A DNA stretch of 64,000 bases from Vicinamibacteria bacterium (GTDB lineage Bacteria; Acidobacteriota; Vicinamibacteria; Marinacidobacterales; Marinacidobacteraceae). This document shows, one piece after another, positions 10,569-20,571 of this stretch. Location: assembly GCA_964291235.2 (NCBI GenBank), contig OZ219815.1:768001-832000 (forward strand). The letters are read 5' to 3'. Position numbers and translations under genes: made by a program. Every line of letters begins with the position of its first letter. The stretch's first letter is position 1. The notes beneath the pieces were generated by a model. The model worked only from the letters and a program-made list of their open reading frames with translations. It did not search any database and was not told the DNA's origin.

Positions 10569-10950
10569 CTAGCCGGGATTTCTTATACCTCCGCCGCAGA
10601 GATCGATGCACGATGGTTCCCCTTTCGGCGAGAACCCCACCAGCCGTGATGTCCGACAGGCACGGGAACGCCGGCCTCCAGGCCGGCACAGCCCGCCGTA
10701 GGCGGGCGGCGGGATGAACCTGGCTGGCCGGGATGGCTCCCTCTCTCGGTGAGGACCCCGCGAGCGCGACCGGCGAGGAACCGCCCGCGGCGCTACGCGC
10801 CGCTGTGCCGACCTGGAGGTCGGCGTTCCCGTGCCTGTACGCCGTCCGTGCGTTCGGGGTCCGCGTCTGACGCGTGTCTCTCGACATCATCAACAGGTTG
10901 ACGTGATCCGCACGGCACCTTGGGCCATGAGTATGAGAAATCCCGACTAA
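10569..10950. mobile_element. MITE-like element family A, copy 1 (~380 bp)
   Basis: Imperfect terminal inverted repeats CTAGCCGGGATTTCTTATAC / GTATGAGAAATCCCGACTAA; homologous in reverse orientation to 16128-16544; internal REP-like palindrome. Confidence 0.78.
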
Positions 10951-11453
10951 CCGCCCACCAGCCCGGCCACCACCCGTTCGAACAGGGGCCGGATCACTCC
11001 GCCGGCGAACAACAGACCAACGGCGCCCAGGACGCCCCACACCAGGCGACGCGTTCCGAAACTCCGTTCGAGAGACTTGTTGATCTGCGCCGTCAGTTCC
11101 AGGAGCGCATTCTCCAGTCTGTCCAGCCGGGCATCCACCGCCGCGAATCGGTGGTCGATCCGGGCCTCCAACTCGTTCGTCCGCTGCTCCGCGCGGGCAT
11201 CCACTTCGGTGAGCCGTTGATCGATCCGGACCTCCGACTCGTTCGTCCGTTGTTCCGCGCGGGCGTCCACGTTCGCGATCTCAGCCCGGAGCTCCTTGAA
11301 GTCTTCGCGGTGCTGCCGGCGAAATTCGCGAAACTCCTCGCGGTCTTCCTGCCGCTCGGCTCGGAGCACGGCGAACTGGCCGTGAACGAGGTTCAGTCCG
11401 TCCGCCAGCTTCCGGTCCAGCGCCCGGATCGCCCCCATTTCCGCGCTGCTCAC
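10947..11453 (-). CDS. Coiled-coil protein with C-terminal TM anchor (DUF1640/CCDC90-like) and 22-aa repeats
   Basis: GAGGA RBS plus GTG 11453; repeats VDARAEQRTNE(S/L)E(V/A)RID; hydrophobic C-terminus LVWGVLGAVGLLFAGGVI. Confidence 0.7.
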   Translation of the reverse strand: MSSAEMGAIRALDRKLADGLNLVHGQFAVLRAERQEDREEFREFRRQHREDFKELRAEIANVDARAEQRTNESEVRIDQRLTEVDARAEQRTNELEARIDHRFAAVDARLDRLENALLELTAQINKSLERSFGTRRLVWGVLGAVGLLFAGGVIRPLFERVVAGLVGG

Positions 11454-11515
11454 AACTTCCTCTTCGCTATCACCAAGGCCAGTATAGGGCTTATCCACCG
11501 ACTCGCCGGCGGCAA

Positions 11516-12000
11516 GGAGCGCCGGCCTCCGGCCGGCATCGCTTCGCACAGCGAAGCGAAACTCCCGAACCTGTTCGTTCCCCACGGCCGGGACCCAGTC
11601 CGTGACGGTGAAGACCCCAGCGTGCAGGAGGATCGCGCAGCGCTCCTATGCGGAGGTGTGACGATGCGCCGTCGCCGTTTGGGTGGGCGTCGTCGGGGAA
11701 GATTGAGGCAGGGAGTTTCGCGGCCAGGAGCGCCGGCCTTCAGGCCGGCATCGCTTCGCGCAGCGAAGCGAAACTCCCGAACCTGCTCGTCCCCTACGGC
11801 CGGGACCCAGTCCGTGACGGTGAAGACCCCAGCGTGCAGGAGGATCGCGCAGCGCTCCTATGCGGAGGTGTCACGATGCGCCGTCGCCGTTTGGGTGGGC
11901 GTCATCGGGGAAGAGCGAGTCTGGGAGTTTCGCGGCCGGAGGCCGCGATGCCGGCCGGAGGCCGGCGCTCCTGGCCGGCGCGCCTGGCCGGCGCTCCTGG
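11516..12000. repeat. REP/REPIN-like cluster (family B): two tandem ~211-bp units
   Basis: Units start at 11516 and 11727 with GGAGCGCCGGCCT..GGCCGGCA; internal GCGAAACTCCC...GGGAGTTTCGC inverted arms; closes with an inverted REP. Confidence 0.85.
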
Positions 12001-12024
12001 CTTGCGCTCCTTGCGGTCCTGGGC

Positions 12025-13473
12025 CTACTCCAGGCCGACGAGTCCCTTCACCGAGGCGATCAGCTTGAGTGAGTCGTAGCCGACGCCGTCCTTGAAGACG
12101 GTCACCACGTTCCGGATCTGGAACGGATCGGCCACCGGATCGCCGTCGATGAGGATCAGGTCGGCGAGCTTGCCGGCCTCGATGCTTCCGAGGTCCTCAT
12201 CCACGCCGAGCACCCGGGCGCCGTTCAGGCTCATCACCTGGAGCGCCTCCGAGGGCGTGAACTCGGCTTCGAGCAGGAGCTCGTAGTTCCGCTGGTCGCC
12301 GAATCCGGGGAGCGCGCCCCCGTTCCCGGTGGGGTCCACCCCGGCGGCGAGCAGGCCACCCGCCTTGTAGAACTGGTACTCGAACGCCTGGGCCTTCGGG
12401 AAGAGGTCCTGGAACACGGCGTCCTGGGCATCAGCGATCTCCTCGCGGCGGGCGAGGTACTCATCCCGGGCGCCGGGGGAGAGCGCCTCCAGATTCCGGT
12501 CCTCGAGGGGAGGCCGGCCGGGGACCGAGAGCTCATAGACCGCGAGCGTGGAGGTCAGCGCGACTTCGTTGTCCACCATGTGGGAGATCGTGCCGTTCAC
12601 CGCGTCGGAGCCGATGTCCACGTCCCGGAGGGTGCTGCGGAAGTCCGGCGGGCACTCGTCGGGCTCCTTGCCCGGGTGGTACTCGGTGTTCGTGAAGAAC
12701 CCGTGCTCCAGCGAATCGATTCCGAGGTCCACCGCCTCCCGGAAGGTGACCGAACAGAGGTGCGCCGTGAACCGGAGCCCGTGCTTGTGGGCTTCCTCGA
12801 TGGCGGCCCCGAGCTCGGCGCGCGAAATCCGCGTGTAGGCCTTGAACCAGGTCGCCCCCTCTTCGGCCCAGTAGGCCACTACCCGGCGGGCGTCCTCGGG
12901 GCTCGACACCTGGGTCATGTAGGTGCTGGCGCCGGCTCCCGAGATGTAGGGACCGGTGATGTGCATCCGGGGTCCGACGATCTCGCCCGCGTCGATGGCG
13001 CGGCGCATGTTGATTTCGCTGTAGGGGGAATAGCTGCCGGTGGTCCGGATGGTGGTGACTCCGGCCGCCAGGTAGAGGCGCGGGGAAGTCGTGTTCATCT
13101 GCGAGTGGCGGGCCGCCGTCGTGTAGAAGGTGTGGTTGTGGACGCCGATGAGACCCGGGATCACGGTGTGCCCGGAGCCATCGATCTGCCGCGCGGCCTC
13201 GGGGATCTCGACCTCGCCGTCGGGTCCCACGCTCAGGATGCGGCGGTCCGCGATGACGACCGTCTGGCCACTTCGGGGCGCCGCTCCGGTGCCGTCCACC
13301 ACCTGCACGCCGGTGATCGCGATGACCGGGTCGCCGTACTGGACGAACCGCCGGGCGTTTTCCTGAAGCTCGTCGGCGGACTGCGCGAGGAGCGAGCCGG
13401 GGACGGCGAGCAGCGCCGCCAGGCCGATCAGTGCCGTTGCGGGAACGGACCGTCGAAAGAATCTGCGAGTCAT
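12025..13473 (-). CDS. Exported amidohydrolase family protein
   Basis: AAGGAGG RBS; signal peptide; PGLIGVHNH, GVTTIRT, SLEHG, GSIEAGKLADL. Confidence 0.9.
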   Translation of the reverse strand: MTRRFFRRSVPATALIGLAALLAVPGSLLAQSADELQENARRFVQYGDPVIAITGVQVVDGTGAAPRSGQTVVIADRRILSVGPDGEVEIPEAARQIDGSGHTVIPGLIGVHNHTFYTTAARHSQMNTTSPRLYLAAGVTTIRTTGSYSPYSEINMRRAIDAGEIVGPRMHITGPYISGAGASTYMTQVSSPEDARRVVAYWAEEGATWFKAYTRISRAELGAAIEEAHKHGLRFTAHLCSVTFREAVDLGIDSLEHGFFTNTEYHPGKEPDECPPDFRSTLRDVDIGSDAVNGTISHMVDNEVALTSTLAVYELSVPGRPPLEDRNLEALSPGARDEYLARREEIADAQDAVFQDLFPKAQAFEYQFYKAGGLLAAGVDPTGNGGALPGFGDQRNYELLLEAEFTPSEALQVMSLNGARVLGVDEDLGSIEAGKLADLILIDGDPVADPFQIRNVVTVFKDGVGYDSLKLIASVKGLVGLE

Positions 13474-13570
13474 CTGCGCCTCCTTGCCGGGGCGGGGCCG
13501 CGGCATCCGGCCGCGACGCGGGCGAGCGATGCTAGCAGCCGGTAGGGGTGTGTACCGATCCTCGCCGTTC

Positions 13571-14959
13571 ATGCGAGAATCACCAGTTCCAATGCGCGCC
13601 CCGATTTCCCCGCGTCTTGCCGCTTGCTTGGGTGCTTTCGTGCTCGTGGCGGCGGCGTCCGGCGCCCAGGACCGGATTGCCCCGCTCGATACCCCGGCTC
13701 CCGATGGCAGCGGGATGTACTCGCTGAACGCAACTCCGGAAGGGGCCACGGTCCTGAGTTGGCTGGAGCCCGCGGGCGATGGCCACGCGCTCCGCTTTTC
13801 GGAACTGCAACGTCCCGGAAGTAGCGAGGAGATCACCGCGGACGCCTGGGGAGAGCCGAAGGCGATCGCCGAGGGGGCCGGCTGGTTCGCGAACTGGGCC
13901 GACCACCCGAACGTGGCGCTCGTCGGAGAAGACCGGCTCGCCGCCCACTACCTGGTCCGGAACCCGGAGGCCGACGGTCACTACGGCTACGGGCTGAAGA
14001 TCGTGTTCTCGATGGACCGGGGCGTCACCTGGCGCGAGGTGCTCTCGGAGGGTCTCGACAACGTCGAGAGCTACTCCGGGTTCGTCTCGTTCACCCCGGA
14101 GCCCGGCGGCTTTTCGGCAGCCTACCTGACGCCGCCGCCGGGGTCGAAGGATCCGGGGGACATGACCCTGCGGCTCGCCCGCTTTCACGAGCAGGGCTAC
14201 CAGCTCGGCAACCAGCTTCTGGATCCGGACGTTTGCAGTTGCTGCCCCACGGCGATGGCCACCATCGGCGGCGAGCCGGCCGTGGTCTATCGGGACCGGG
14301 TGCGGAACCCGCCGGAGGACGACGTTCGGGACATCGCGATCACCCGGAGGGTGCGGGGCCTCTGGGAGCCGGGTCGGCCGGTGCACGCGGACGGCTGGGG
14401 CATCAACGCCTGCCCGGTCAACGGACCCGTGATTGCGGCGAGCGGCGACGCCGTGGCCGTTACCTGGTTCACCATGGCGAGTGGGGAACCCGAGGTCCGG
14501 TTTGCCTTCTCACAAAACGGTGGGGAGGGCTTCGGGATGCCGATCCGTCTGGACGGCGGTAACGGGCGGGGGTACACCGCGGTCGCGATGCTCGACGACG
14601 GCAGCGCGGCGGCCGCCTGGCTCGAAACGCCGGGCGGACGCGGGGAGGTCCGGGTGCGCCGGATCTGGCCGGACGGGCTCATCGGCCCGCCGGTAACGGT
14701 CGCGGAAGCACCCCCGGGGCGGGAAGCGGGGATGTTGCAGCTCGTTCGGGTTGCGAACGAGCCGCCGCCGGAGCCGGAAGAAGACGAAGAGGGAGAGCTC
14801 GACGAAGAGGACGAGCCCGACGAAGAGGCGGAAGCGGAGGAGACGGACGAGACGGAGGACATTGAGGAGGTGTTCGACGTCCAGGAACGCCTGATGGTCG
14901 CGTGGCGGGACGGGAAGGTCCGCACCGCGCTAGTCGAGATCTCGGCGCTCGAACACTGA
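13571..14959 (+). CDS. Exported BNR/sialidase-like beta-propeller protein with an acidic insert
   Basis: Asp-boxes SMDRGVTW and SQNGGEGF; FANWADHP, VCSCCPT, ACPVNGP. Alternative start at 13592. Confidence 0.78.
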   Translation: MRESPVPMRAPISPRLAACLGAFVLVAAASGAQDRIAPLDTPAPDGSGMYSLNATPEGATVLSWLEPAGDGHALRFSELQRPGSSEEITADAWGEPKAIAEGAGWFANWADHPNVALVGEDRLAAHYLVRNPEADGHYGYGLKIVFSMDRGVTWREVLSEGLDNVESYSGFVSFTPEPGGFSAAYLTPPPGSKDPGDMTLRLARFHEQGYQLGNQLLDPDVCSCCPTAMATIGGEPAVVYRDRVRNPPEDDVRDIAITRRVRGLWEPGRPVHADGWGINACPVNGPVIAASGDAVAVTWFTMASGEPEVRFAFSQNGGEGFGMPIRLDGGNGRGYTAVAMLDDGSAAAAWLETPGGRGEVRVRRIWPDGLIGPPVTVAEAPPGREAGMLQLVRVANEPPPEPEEDEEGELDEEDEPDEEAEAEETDETEDIEEVFDVQERLMVAWRDGKVRTALVEISALEH

Positions 14960-14981
14960 GCGCAGCCCGCTCCGGGCGGCT

Positions 14982-16073
14982 CTAGGGCGAAACCGCCGCG
15001 CGACGTCGTTCCGCGTCGAGGAGCGCGCGTTTCCGCTCCAATCCCCAGCGATAGCCGCCCAGGTTGCCGTCCCCCCGCAGCACGCGGTGGCAGGGCACCA
15101 GCACCGCGACGCGGTTCGCCGCGCAGGCCGAAGCAACGGCCCGGGCCGCCCCTGGCTGCTCGATCCGTGCGGCCAGCTCGCCGTAGCTGATCACTTCGCC
15201 GTCCCCCACACTCAGGAGAAAGCGCCAGACGCGCATCTGGAAGGCCGTCCCGCGGAGGTCCAGGGGCAGCTCGGGCCGGGGGGCGCTCCGGCCCAGGTGC
15301 GCCTCCAGTGCCTCGATCCACGCGTCGAGTTCGGGGGCCTCCTGCGCGTCCGACGCGACGAGGGCCGCCTTCGGAAACTCCCGGCGCAGCCGCTCCAACA
15401 GGGTCTCCAGATCCTCCCCGAACTGCGCGAAGCAAACACCGCGTTCGGTGGCCGCCATCAACACGGCGCCGAGCGCCGTGTCCCGCCAGGCGTAGGCGAT
15501 CGTCTCTCCGGCGCCACCGGCGCGATAGGCCTTCGGCGTCATGCCGAGGTTGCGCGGCCGTTCCCCGTACACACGGCTTAGCGACCCGTACCCCGCCGAG
15601 AAAATCGCGCCGGTGACGCCGTCGCCGTCCTTGAGCGACGCCTTGAAGCGCTTCATTCGAACCGCGTCCTGGTACGCCTTGGGCGAGACGCCGAACTGCG
15701 CCTTGAAGACGCGCTGCAGGTACGACGGCGAGAGGCCCACCTGCCCCGCGAGGTCGCGCAGGGTCAGCCGCTCCTTGGCGTGCGCTTCGATGAACCTGGC
15801 GACGCTGACGAGCCGGCCCAACTGCGGCGCGGCGTCGGTGGGGCGACAGCGTTTGCACGGCCGGAAGCCGGCGGTCCGCGCCGACTCCACGTCGGGAAAG
15901 AACCGCAGGTTCTCCGGCCGCGCCGGGCGCGAGGCACAGGAGGGACGGCAGAAGACGCCCGTGGTGGTCACCGCGTAGAGAAAGAGATGGTCGGAGGTCT
16001 GGTCGCGCGCCGCAACGGCAGCGCGCATTTTGTGTTCGGATGGCATCGGCATGGTTTCAGCTCCCGACGTCAT
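14982..16073 (-). CDS. ada: Bifunctional Ada regulator / O6-methylguanine-DNA methyltransferase
   Basis: TTGVFCRPSC...GFRPCKRC Zn site, AraC HTH, GTAFQ, VPCHRV active site. Confidence 0.96.
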   Translation of the reverse strand: MTSGAETMPMPSEHKMRAAVAARDQTSDHLFLYAVTTTGVFCRPSCASRPARPENLRFFPDVESARTAGFRPCKRCRPTDAAPQLGRLVSVARFIEAHAKERLTLRDLAGQVGLSPSYLQRVFKAQFGVSPKAYQDAVRMKRFKASLKDGDGVTGAIFSAGYGSLSRVYGERPRNLGMTPKAYRAGGAGETIAYAWRDTALGAVLMAATERGVCFAQFGEDLETLLERLRREFPKAALVASDAQEAPELDAWIEALEAHLGRSAPRPELPLDLRGTAFQMRVWRFLLSVGDGEVISYGELAARIEQPGAARAVASACAANRVAVLVPCHRVLRGDGNLGGYRWGLERKRALLDAERRRAAVSP

Positions 16074-16127
16074 TCCAGCGCAGCGGCCACCGCGCGTCCA
16101 TCCGTTTCTTGCCGAGGAATTCTTTTC

Positions 16128-16544
16128 CTAGCCGTATTTCTCGTACTCATGGCCCAAGGTGCCGCGCGGATCACGTAGACCCGTTGATGATGTCGGGAGA
16201 AACGCGGCAGGTACGGACCCCGACCGCACGGACAGCGTGTAAGCACGGGAACCCCACCGGGAGAACTGTGCCGACCTCCAGGCCAGTTCTCCCGGTGGGG
16301 GCCGGCACAGCGGCGCGCAGCGCCGCGGGCGATTCCTCGCTGCTCGCGCTCACGGGGCCCTGTCCGAGAGAGGGAGCCATCCTGGCTAGCCAGGTCCGTC
16401 CCGCCGCCCGCCTGCGGCGGGCTGTGCCGGCCTGGAGGCCGGCGTTCCCGTGCCTGCCCGATATCAAGGCTGGTGGGGTTCTCGCCGAGAGGGGAACCAT
16501 CCTGCATCGATCTCTACGACGGAGGGATGAGAAATCCGGGCTAG
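16128..16544. mobile_element. MITE-like element family A, copy 2 (inverted, ~415 bp)
   Basis: CTAG at both ends (16128-16131 and 16541-16544) with ATTTCTC/GAGAAAT TIR core; reverse-complement homolog of 10569-10950. Confidence 0.78.
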
Positions 16545-17536
16545 AGGCGGTACGTGAACGAGAGGGAGACCGAATAGGACACGAGGTCCCGGAGCACCAC
16601 ATGGAAAGTTGCCGGCGTCTGCCCGTCGGCGAGGACCGGCCGGTGGCTTCGTATCACGTCCCACTCTCCCGATAGCCGAATATCGCGGTAGCGCGAGTAG
16701 CGTCCCCGGAGCGCGATGGTAAACCGCTCGTTGGCCTCGATCGCCACCCCGCCGATCACGTTCGCGCCGAGTGTTCGAGCGGCGACCTGGAGCGATGCGG
16801 AATCGGCCGTGCCGGCCGCCCTCGCCTGCCACGCGGGGATCTGAGCACCCGCGCCGGGATCGACTCCGCCAACGGGCCAAAATCCCTCAGCGAGCGTTCG
16901 CCGGACTCGCAGGCCGTCGAGAACGAAGATGACCTGGGACACGCCGCCGCCGACGCCCAGGAACGGCGTGAAGCGAGTGGAAGTCGGGATGTCGAGCTGC
17001 AGGTTCACGAAAACGTCGGAAACGCTCAACCCCGAAATCGTGGCTCGCGGGGGTTCGGCGGTGCTCCATTCGAGGAATCTCTCGCCGGCCAGGTTGCCGG
17101 CGTCCGACAGTGGGGCGGAAGTGCTGCCAAGGAACGCGGTGCTCGCTTCGACTTCCAGTCGCAGCGGACCCCGGGCATACCCGAACGCGAGAGCGGTTGC
17201 GCTGGTCATCGTCTCCGCGCCCTGGTCGAACTCGCTGGTCGCGAAGACCGCGGAGGCAGGCGCCGGAGACACCACATCGCGCGGAACGGTGGCCGGGTCG
17301 GGATAGAGCAGCCGGTCACAACGCGTGGGCTGATCGACCCCGTCGAATTCTCCGCGGATGGTCAACGCGTCCGCGTCCCCGAAATCGCCCCGCAGATAGA
17401 AACCGTTGCGCCCTTGCGCGCTCGCCGCCGGGGGGACCAGGGACCCGGTGAGCCCGACGAGCAGGGCCGCCGCCAGGAGGCGAACGGTCGCCGCGACCCG
17501 CCGGGCGCTCCCGGTCGGCGTGTTGTTGGAGTCCAT
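16541..17536 (-). CDS. Outer-membrane beta-barrel protein (opacity/OmpA-like small barrel)
   Basis: Signal peptide; GFYLRGDFG, LRLEVE, FTPFLGVGGG; C-terminal alternating strand SVSLSFTYRL. Confidence 0.72.
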   Translation of the reverse strand: MDSNNTPTGSARRVAATVRLLAAALLVGLTGSLVPPAASAQGRNGFYLRGDFGDADALTIRGEFDGVDQPTRCDRLLYPDPATVPRDVVSPAPASAVFATSEFDQGAETMTSATALAFGYARGPLRLEVEASTAFLGSTSAPLSDAGNLAGERFLEWSTAEPPRATISGLSVSDVFVNLQLDIPTSTRFTPFLGVGGGVSQVIFVLDGLRVRRTLAEGFWPVGGVDPGAGAQIPAWQARAAGTADSASLQVAARTLGANVIGGVAIEANERFTIALRGRYSRYRDIRLSGEWDVIRSHRPVLADGQTPATFHVVLRDLVSYSVSLSFTYRL

Positions 17537-17648
17537 GCGCCAATCTCCCCCATGCGGACAGAGCGCAGAGTCTGTCTAACCGAACGTGGTGGGGCGGGTT
17601 CGAGTTCTCAACGGCCGGCGGTTTCCCCAAGTGCAGCCCGGGCGCCCC

Positions 17649-19874
17649 TTACGGATCGACTTCGAAGACGAAGCGCATGCCGGCTTCGAGGTGCTCGGCG
17701 ATGTGGCAGTGGGCCATCCACTTCCCCGGGTTCGTGATCTCGAGCAGGAGGTCCACGGTTTCTCCGGCGGGGATGAGCACCGTGTCCTTGAAGACCTGAT
17801 TCGTGACCGGCGTGCCGTTCCGGCGCAGCACCAGGAAACGCTGGCCGTGGATGTGGAAGGGGTGCTGCATCGCGTGGAGCGCCGCGGCGTCGTTTCCGAT
17901 GCGGATCGTCACGACGTCGCCGATCCGGAAGCGCCAGGCGATATCCATGTCCTCATGGCCGGTGGCCGGTTCGCGCACGATCCAGCGGACCTCCTCCGGG
18001 GTGGCCACCGAGTTCATCATCGGCATGGTGTCCGCCCACTCGACCGCCGGGAAGAACACCCGATCGGCACGCATGCGCTGCATGATGGCCGGCTCGAGCC
18101 CGGCGACATCCATGGTGAGCAGGAGTTCGTAGTCCGGGGCGCGGTCGAAATGAGCGCGGAAGCGGTCCACATCCTCCACGACCGGGGCGTTTTCCCGTAA
18201 CGCCTCGTAGTCCGGGGCGCCCGCCGGATCGGCGTCGCGGTCGCGGACGGTCACCGTCCCCAGCCGGGTCACCCGGGAGAAATAGCTCCCGAAGGTGTGC
18301 TCCAGCGGACGCACCCGGTTCTCGAGGGCGTGCTCTCCCGCGGACTCGTAGCGAACCTCCACGATGTAGCGCTCGGCCGGGGCCAGCGTCACCGAATCCA
18401 CCCAGGTCTCGCGTTCGAACTTGGAGAGGTCCGACCCCACGACCTTGATCCGGTGCGTCCCCGGCTCGCCGAACGAGAGGTTGAAGGTGCGCGTGTTCGA
18501 GACGTTGGTGAGGAAGAAGCGGACGACCTCGCCGCGATCGAGACGCACCTCGTACCCGGGTTCGCCGTTGACCAGCATCAGGTTGCCGAAACGCCCCATG
18601 AGCGAGTGGGTGGCGCGCTCGGTCCCCCAGGGAAAGAGCCCCCCGTCGTCGGCGACCAGCAGGTCGTCGAGCATGAGGATCTCCTCGCGGTGGACCGGGG
18701 CGTACCACTCGTCCGGCGGCGCCTCCACCAGCATGTTCCCGTAGAGCCCGAGGTCCTGCTGCACCTCCTCGCGGTGGTGCGGGTGGTACCAGTAGAGACC
18801 GGCGTCCGGAAAGAAGATCCGGTACTCGAAGCGTCCGCCGGGGGGCACCGGATCCTGGGTCAGGTGGGGCACGCCGTCGAAGGCGTTGTCGAGCCGCACC
18901 CCGTGCCAGTGGATCGCCGTCGGCCAGGAGGTCTGGTTCTCGAAGTTGACGAAGATCGTCGAGTCCTGGTCCACGTGGATGAGCGGTCCGGGGTACTGCT
19001 CGTTGAACCCGTACATCACGTAGTCGCGGCCGTGGATGGTCCTCCGGACCCGGCCCGCGATCAGGTCGAGCGTCTGGCCGTCCTGGAGGCGCACGACCTG
19101 CGAGGGCACGGCGTCCGGGAGCGTTTCGTCGGCGGTCACCCGGGGCAGGAACGGCAGCGGCTCCGGCCGCAGGTGGCCGAGGCCGGGGACCATGGGCGTC
19201 TCCGGCAGCATCGGGGGATGGGACCAGGCGGGCGCGTCGGAGGCTGCCCCGTGCCCCATCGCGGCGTGATCCATCGCCTCGTGATCCATGGTCAGCGCGC
19301 CGCTCTCGCCGCTGCCGCTCACCGGCACCATGAGGTGGTTGTCGGGAAGGATGCGGGTTGAGGGCGATGCGCCGCGGAGCGCCAGCCGGCCGGTCCGGGT
19401 CTCGACCGCCGCCGAGGACTCGGCGCTCACCAGGATCACGAACTTGTCGAAGGCGACCGGCCCGAGGCCCGCGAAGGTTCCGTTCCCGACCTCGCCGAGC
19501 CGGACCACCGGGTCCATGACCGGAGTGGTCGCCCACGCCACGTAGGTCTCGAAGTCGCCGAGCGAGCCGGGCTCGGGAAGTCCCTCGATCTCCAGGTCGA
19601 GCCGGTAGCGCTGGCTCCCGTCCCGGGTCACCGAGACGCCGAAGGGGCTCGGATCCCAGCGGAGGAAGGCGGTACCGCCCGCGGGCGCCAGGTCCGGGGT
19701 CGGGTAGAGGGCGATGCGGTTGAGACCGGGGGCGCCCCAGTCCTCGCGGTCAGGCGCGGGAGGCTGGGAGGCGGCTGGCGGCGGATGCAGCAAAGCCGCC
19801 GCCCAGAGGATGAGCAACGGCACGATCCGGCGGCTTCCGGCGCTTGGCGGCAACCTCTTCTTCTCCTGGCGCAT
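17649..19874 (-). CDS. Multicopper oxidase with an N-terminal extension and Met/His-rich linker
   Basis: IHWHG, YWYHPH, HPFHIHG, HCHIAEHLEAGM; linker MDHEAMDHAAMGH. Confidence 0.94.
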   Translation of the reverse strand: MRQEKKRLPPSAGSRRIVPLLILWAAALLHPPPAASQPPAPDREDWGAPGLNRIALYPTPDLAPAGGTAFLRWDPSPFGVSVTRDGSQRYRLDLEIEGLPEPGSLGDFETYVAWATTPVMDPVVRLGEVGNGTFAGLGPVAFDKFVILVSAESSAAVETRTGRLALRGASPSTRILPDNHLMVPVSGSGESGALTMDHEAMDHAAMGHGAASDAPAWSHPPMLPETPMVPGLGHLRPEPLPFLPRVTADETLPDAVPSQVVRLQDGQTLDLIAGRVRRTIHGRDYVMYGFNEQYPGPLIHVDQDSTIFVNFENQTSWPTAIHWHGVRLDNAFDGVPHLTQDPVPPGGRFEYRIFFPDAGLYWYHPHHREEVQQDLGLYGNMLVEAPPDEWYAPVHREEILMLDDLLVADDGGLFPWGTERATHSLMGRFGNLMLVNGEPGYEVRLDRGEVVRFFLTNVSNTRTFNLSFGEPGTHRIKVVGSDLSKFERETWVDSVTLAPAERYIVEVRYESAGEHALENRVRPLEHTFGSYFSRVTRLGTVTVRDRDADPAGAPDYEALRENAPVVEDVDRFRAHFDRAPDYELLLTMDVAGLEPAIMQRMRADRVFFPAVEWADTMPMMNSVATPEEVRWIVREPATGHEDMDIAWRFRIGDVVTIRIGNDAAALHAMQHPFHIHGQRFLVLRRNGTPVTNQVFKDTVLIPAGETVDLLLEITNPGKWMAHCHIAEHLEAGMRFVFEVDP

Positions 19875-19950
19875 GGCAGTGGTTTCGGGATTCGAATGGT
19901 ACCGGCGGGGTGAGCGCAACCCGCGGCCCGGAGGCTGTTAGATTGCGAAG

Positions 19951-20568
19951 ATGACCGGCGTACGAATCCTCTTTCTCAGCGGCGCTCTGGCGACGCTCTC
20001 ACTCCCCGTAGCGGCGGAGGACGAGACCCTCGTTCTCGACAACGACTACGCTGCGGTGCACCGCAACGCCGCGCCGTGCGCGGACGCGGGTCCTGGCTGC
20101 GGGGAGCGGATCATCGTCGCTTTCGGCGAACTCAGCGTCGTGCCCGCGAACGGCTCGCCGGTCCCGCTGGCCTACGCCGAGGTCTTCGTGGCGCCGGCGG
20201 GCGCGACGTATGAAGTCCGGGGCTCGGAATTCGCCGAAGTCAACCTGAAGCCCGGTCCCCCGCCGGTGGATGGGCCGGAGGTCGCGATCGCCGCGGGGAA
20301 GAACGAGCGGCTTCACGACGCCGAGGACTACTTCGTGTTCGAGGAGCGGCTCGAACCGGGCGACACCCGGGAACGTCACTCGCACGCCCAGCGGGTGGTG
20401 CTGGTGATGGGGGCCACCGAACTCCAGCAGTGGCCCGACGGCGCCGACGAGGTCTTCAAGACCCAGGTCCCCGGCACCATCAAGTTCAACCCGCCGGTCG
20501 TGCACATCGTGAAGAACACCGGGGACGCGCCGCTCCGGAACATCGTCATCGAGCTGATTCCCCGCTGA
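19951..20568 (+). CDS. Exported cupin-domain protein
   Basis: Signal peptide; LEPGD..RHSH and VVHIVKNTG...NIVIEL cupin motifs. Confidence 0.78.
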   Translation: MTGVRILFLSGALATLSLPVAAEDETLVLDNDYAAVHRNAAPCADAGPGCGERIIVAFGELSVVPANGSPVPLAYAEVFVAPAGATYEVRGSEFAEVNLKPGPPPVDGPEVAIAAGKNERLHDAEDYFVFEERLEPGDTRERHSHAQRVVLVMGATELQQWPDGADEVFKTQVPGTIKFNPPVVHIVKNTGDAPLRNIVIELIPR

Positions 20569-20571
20569 TCA

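Noticed and set aside
10258-12079. ORFs spanning the repeat elements (e.g. 10920-12068, 11648-12079, 16040-16675) as transposases
   Set aside because: They are translations of non-coding repeats with no DDE or HUH motifs.
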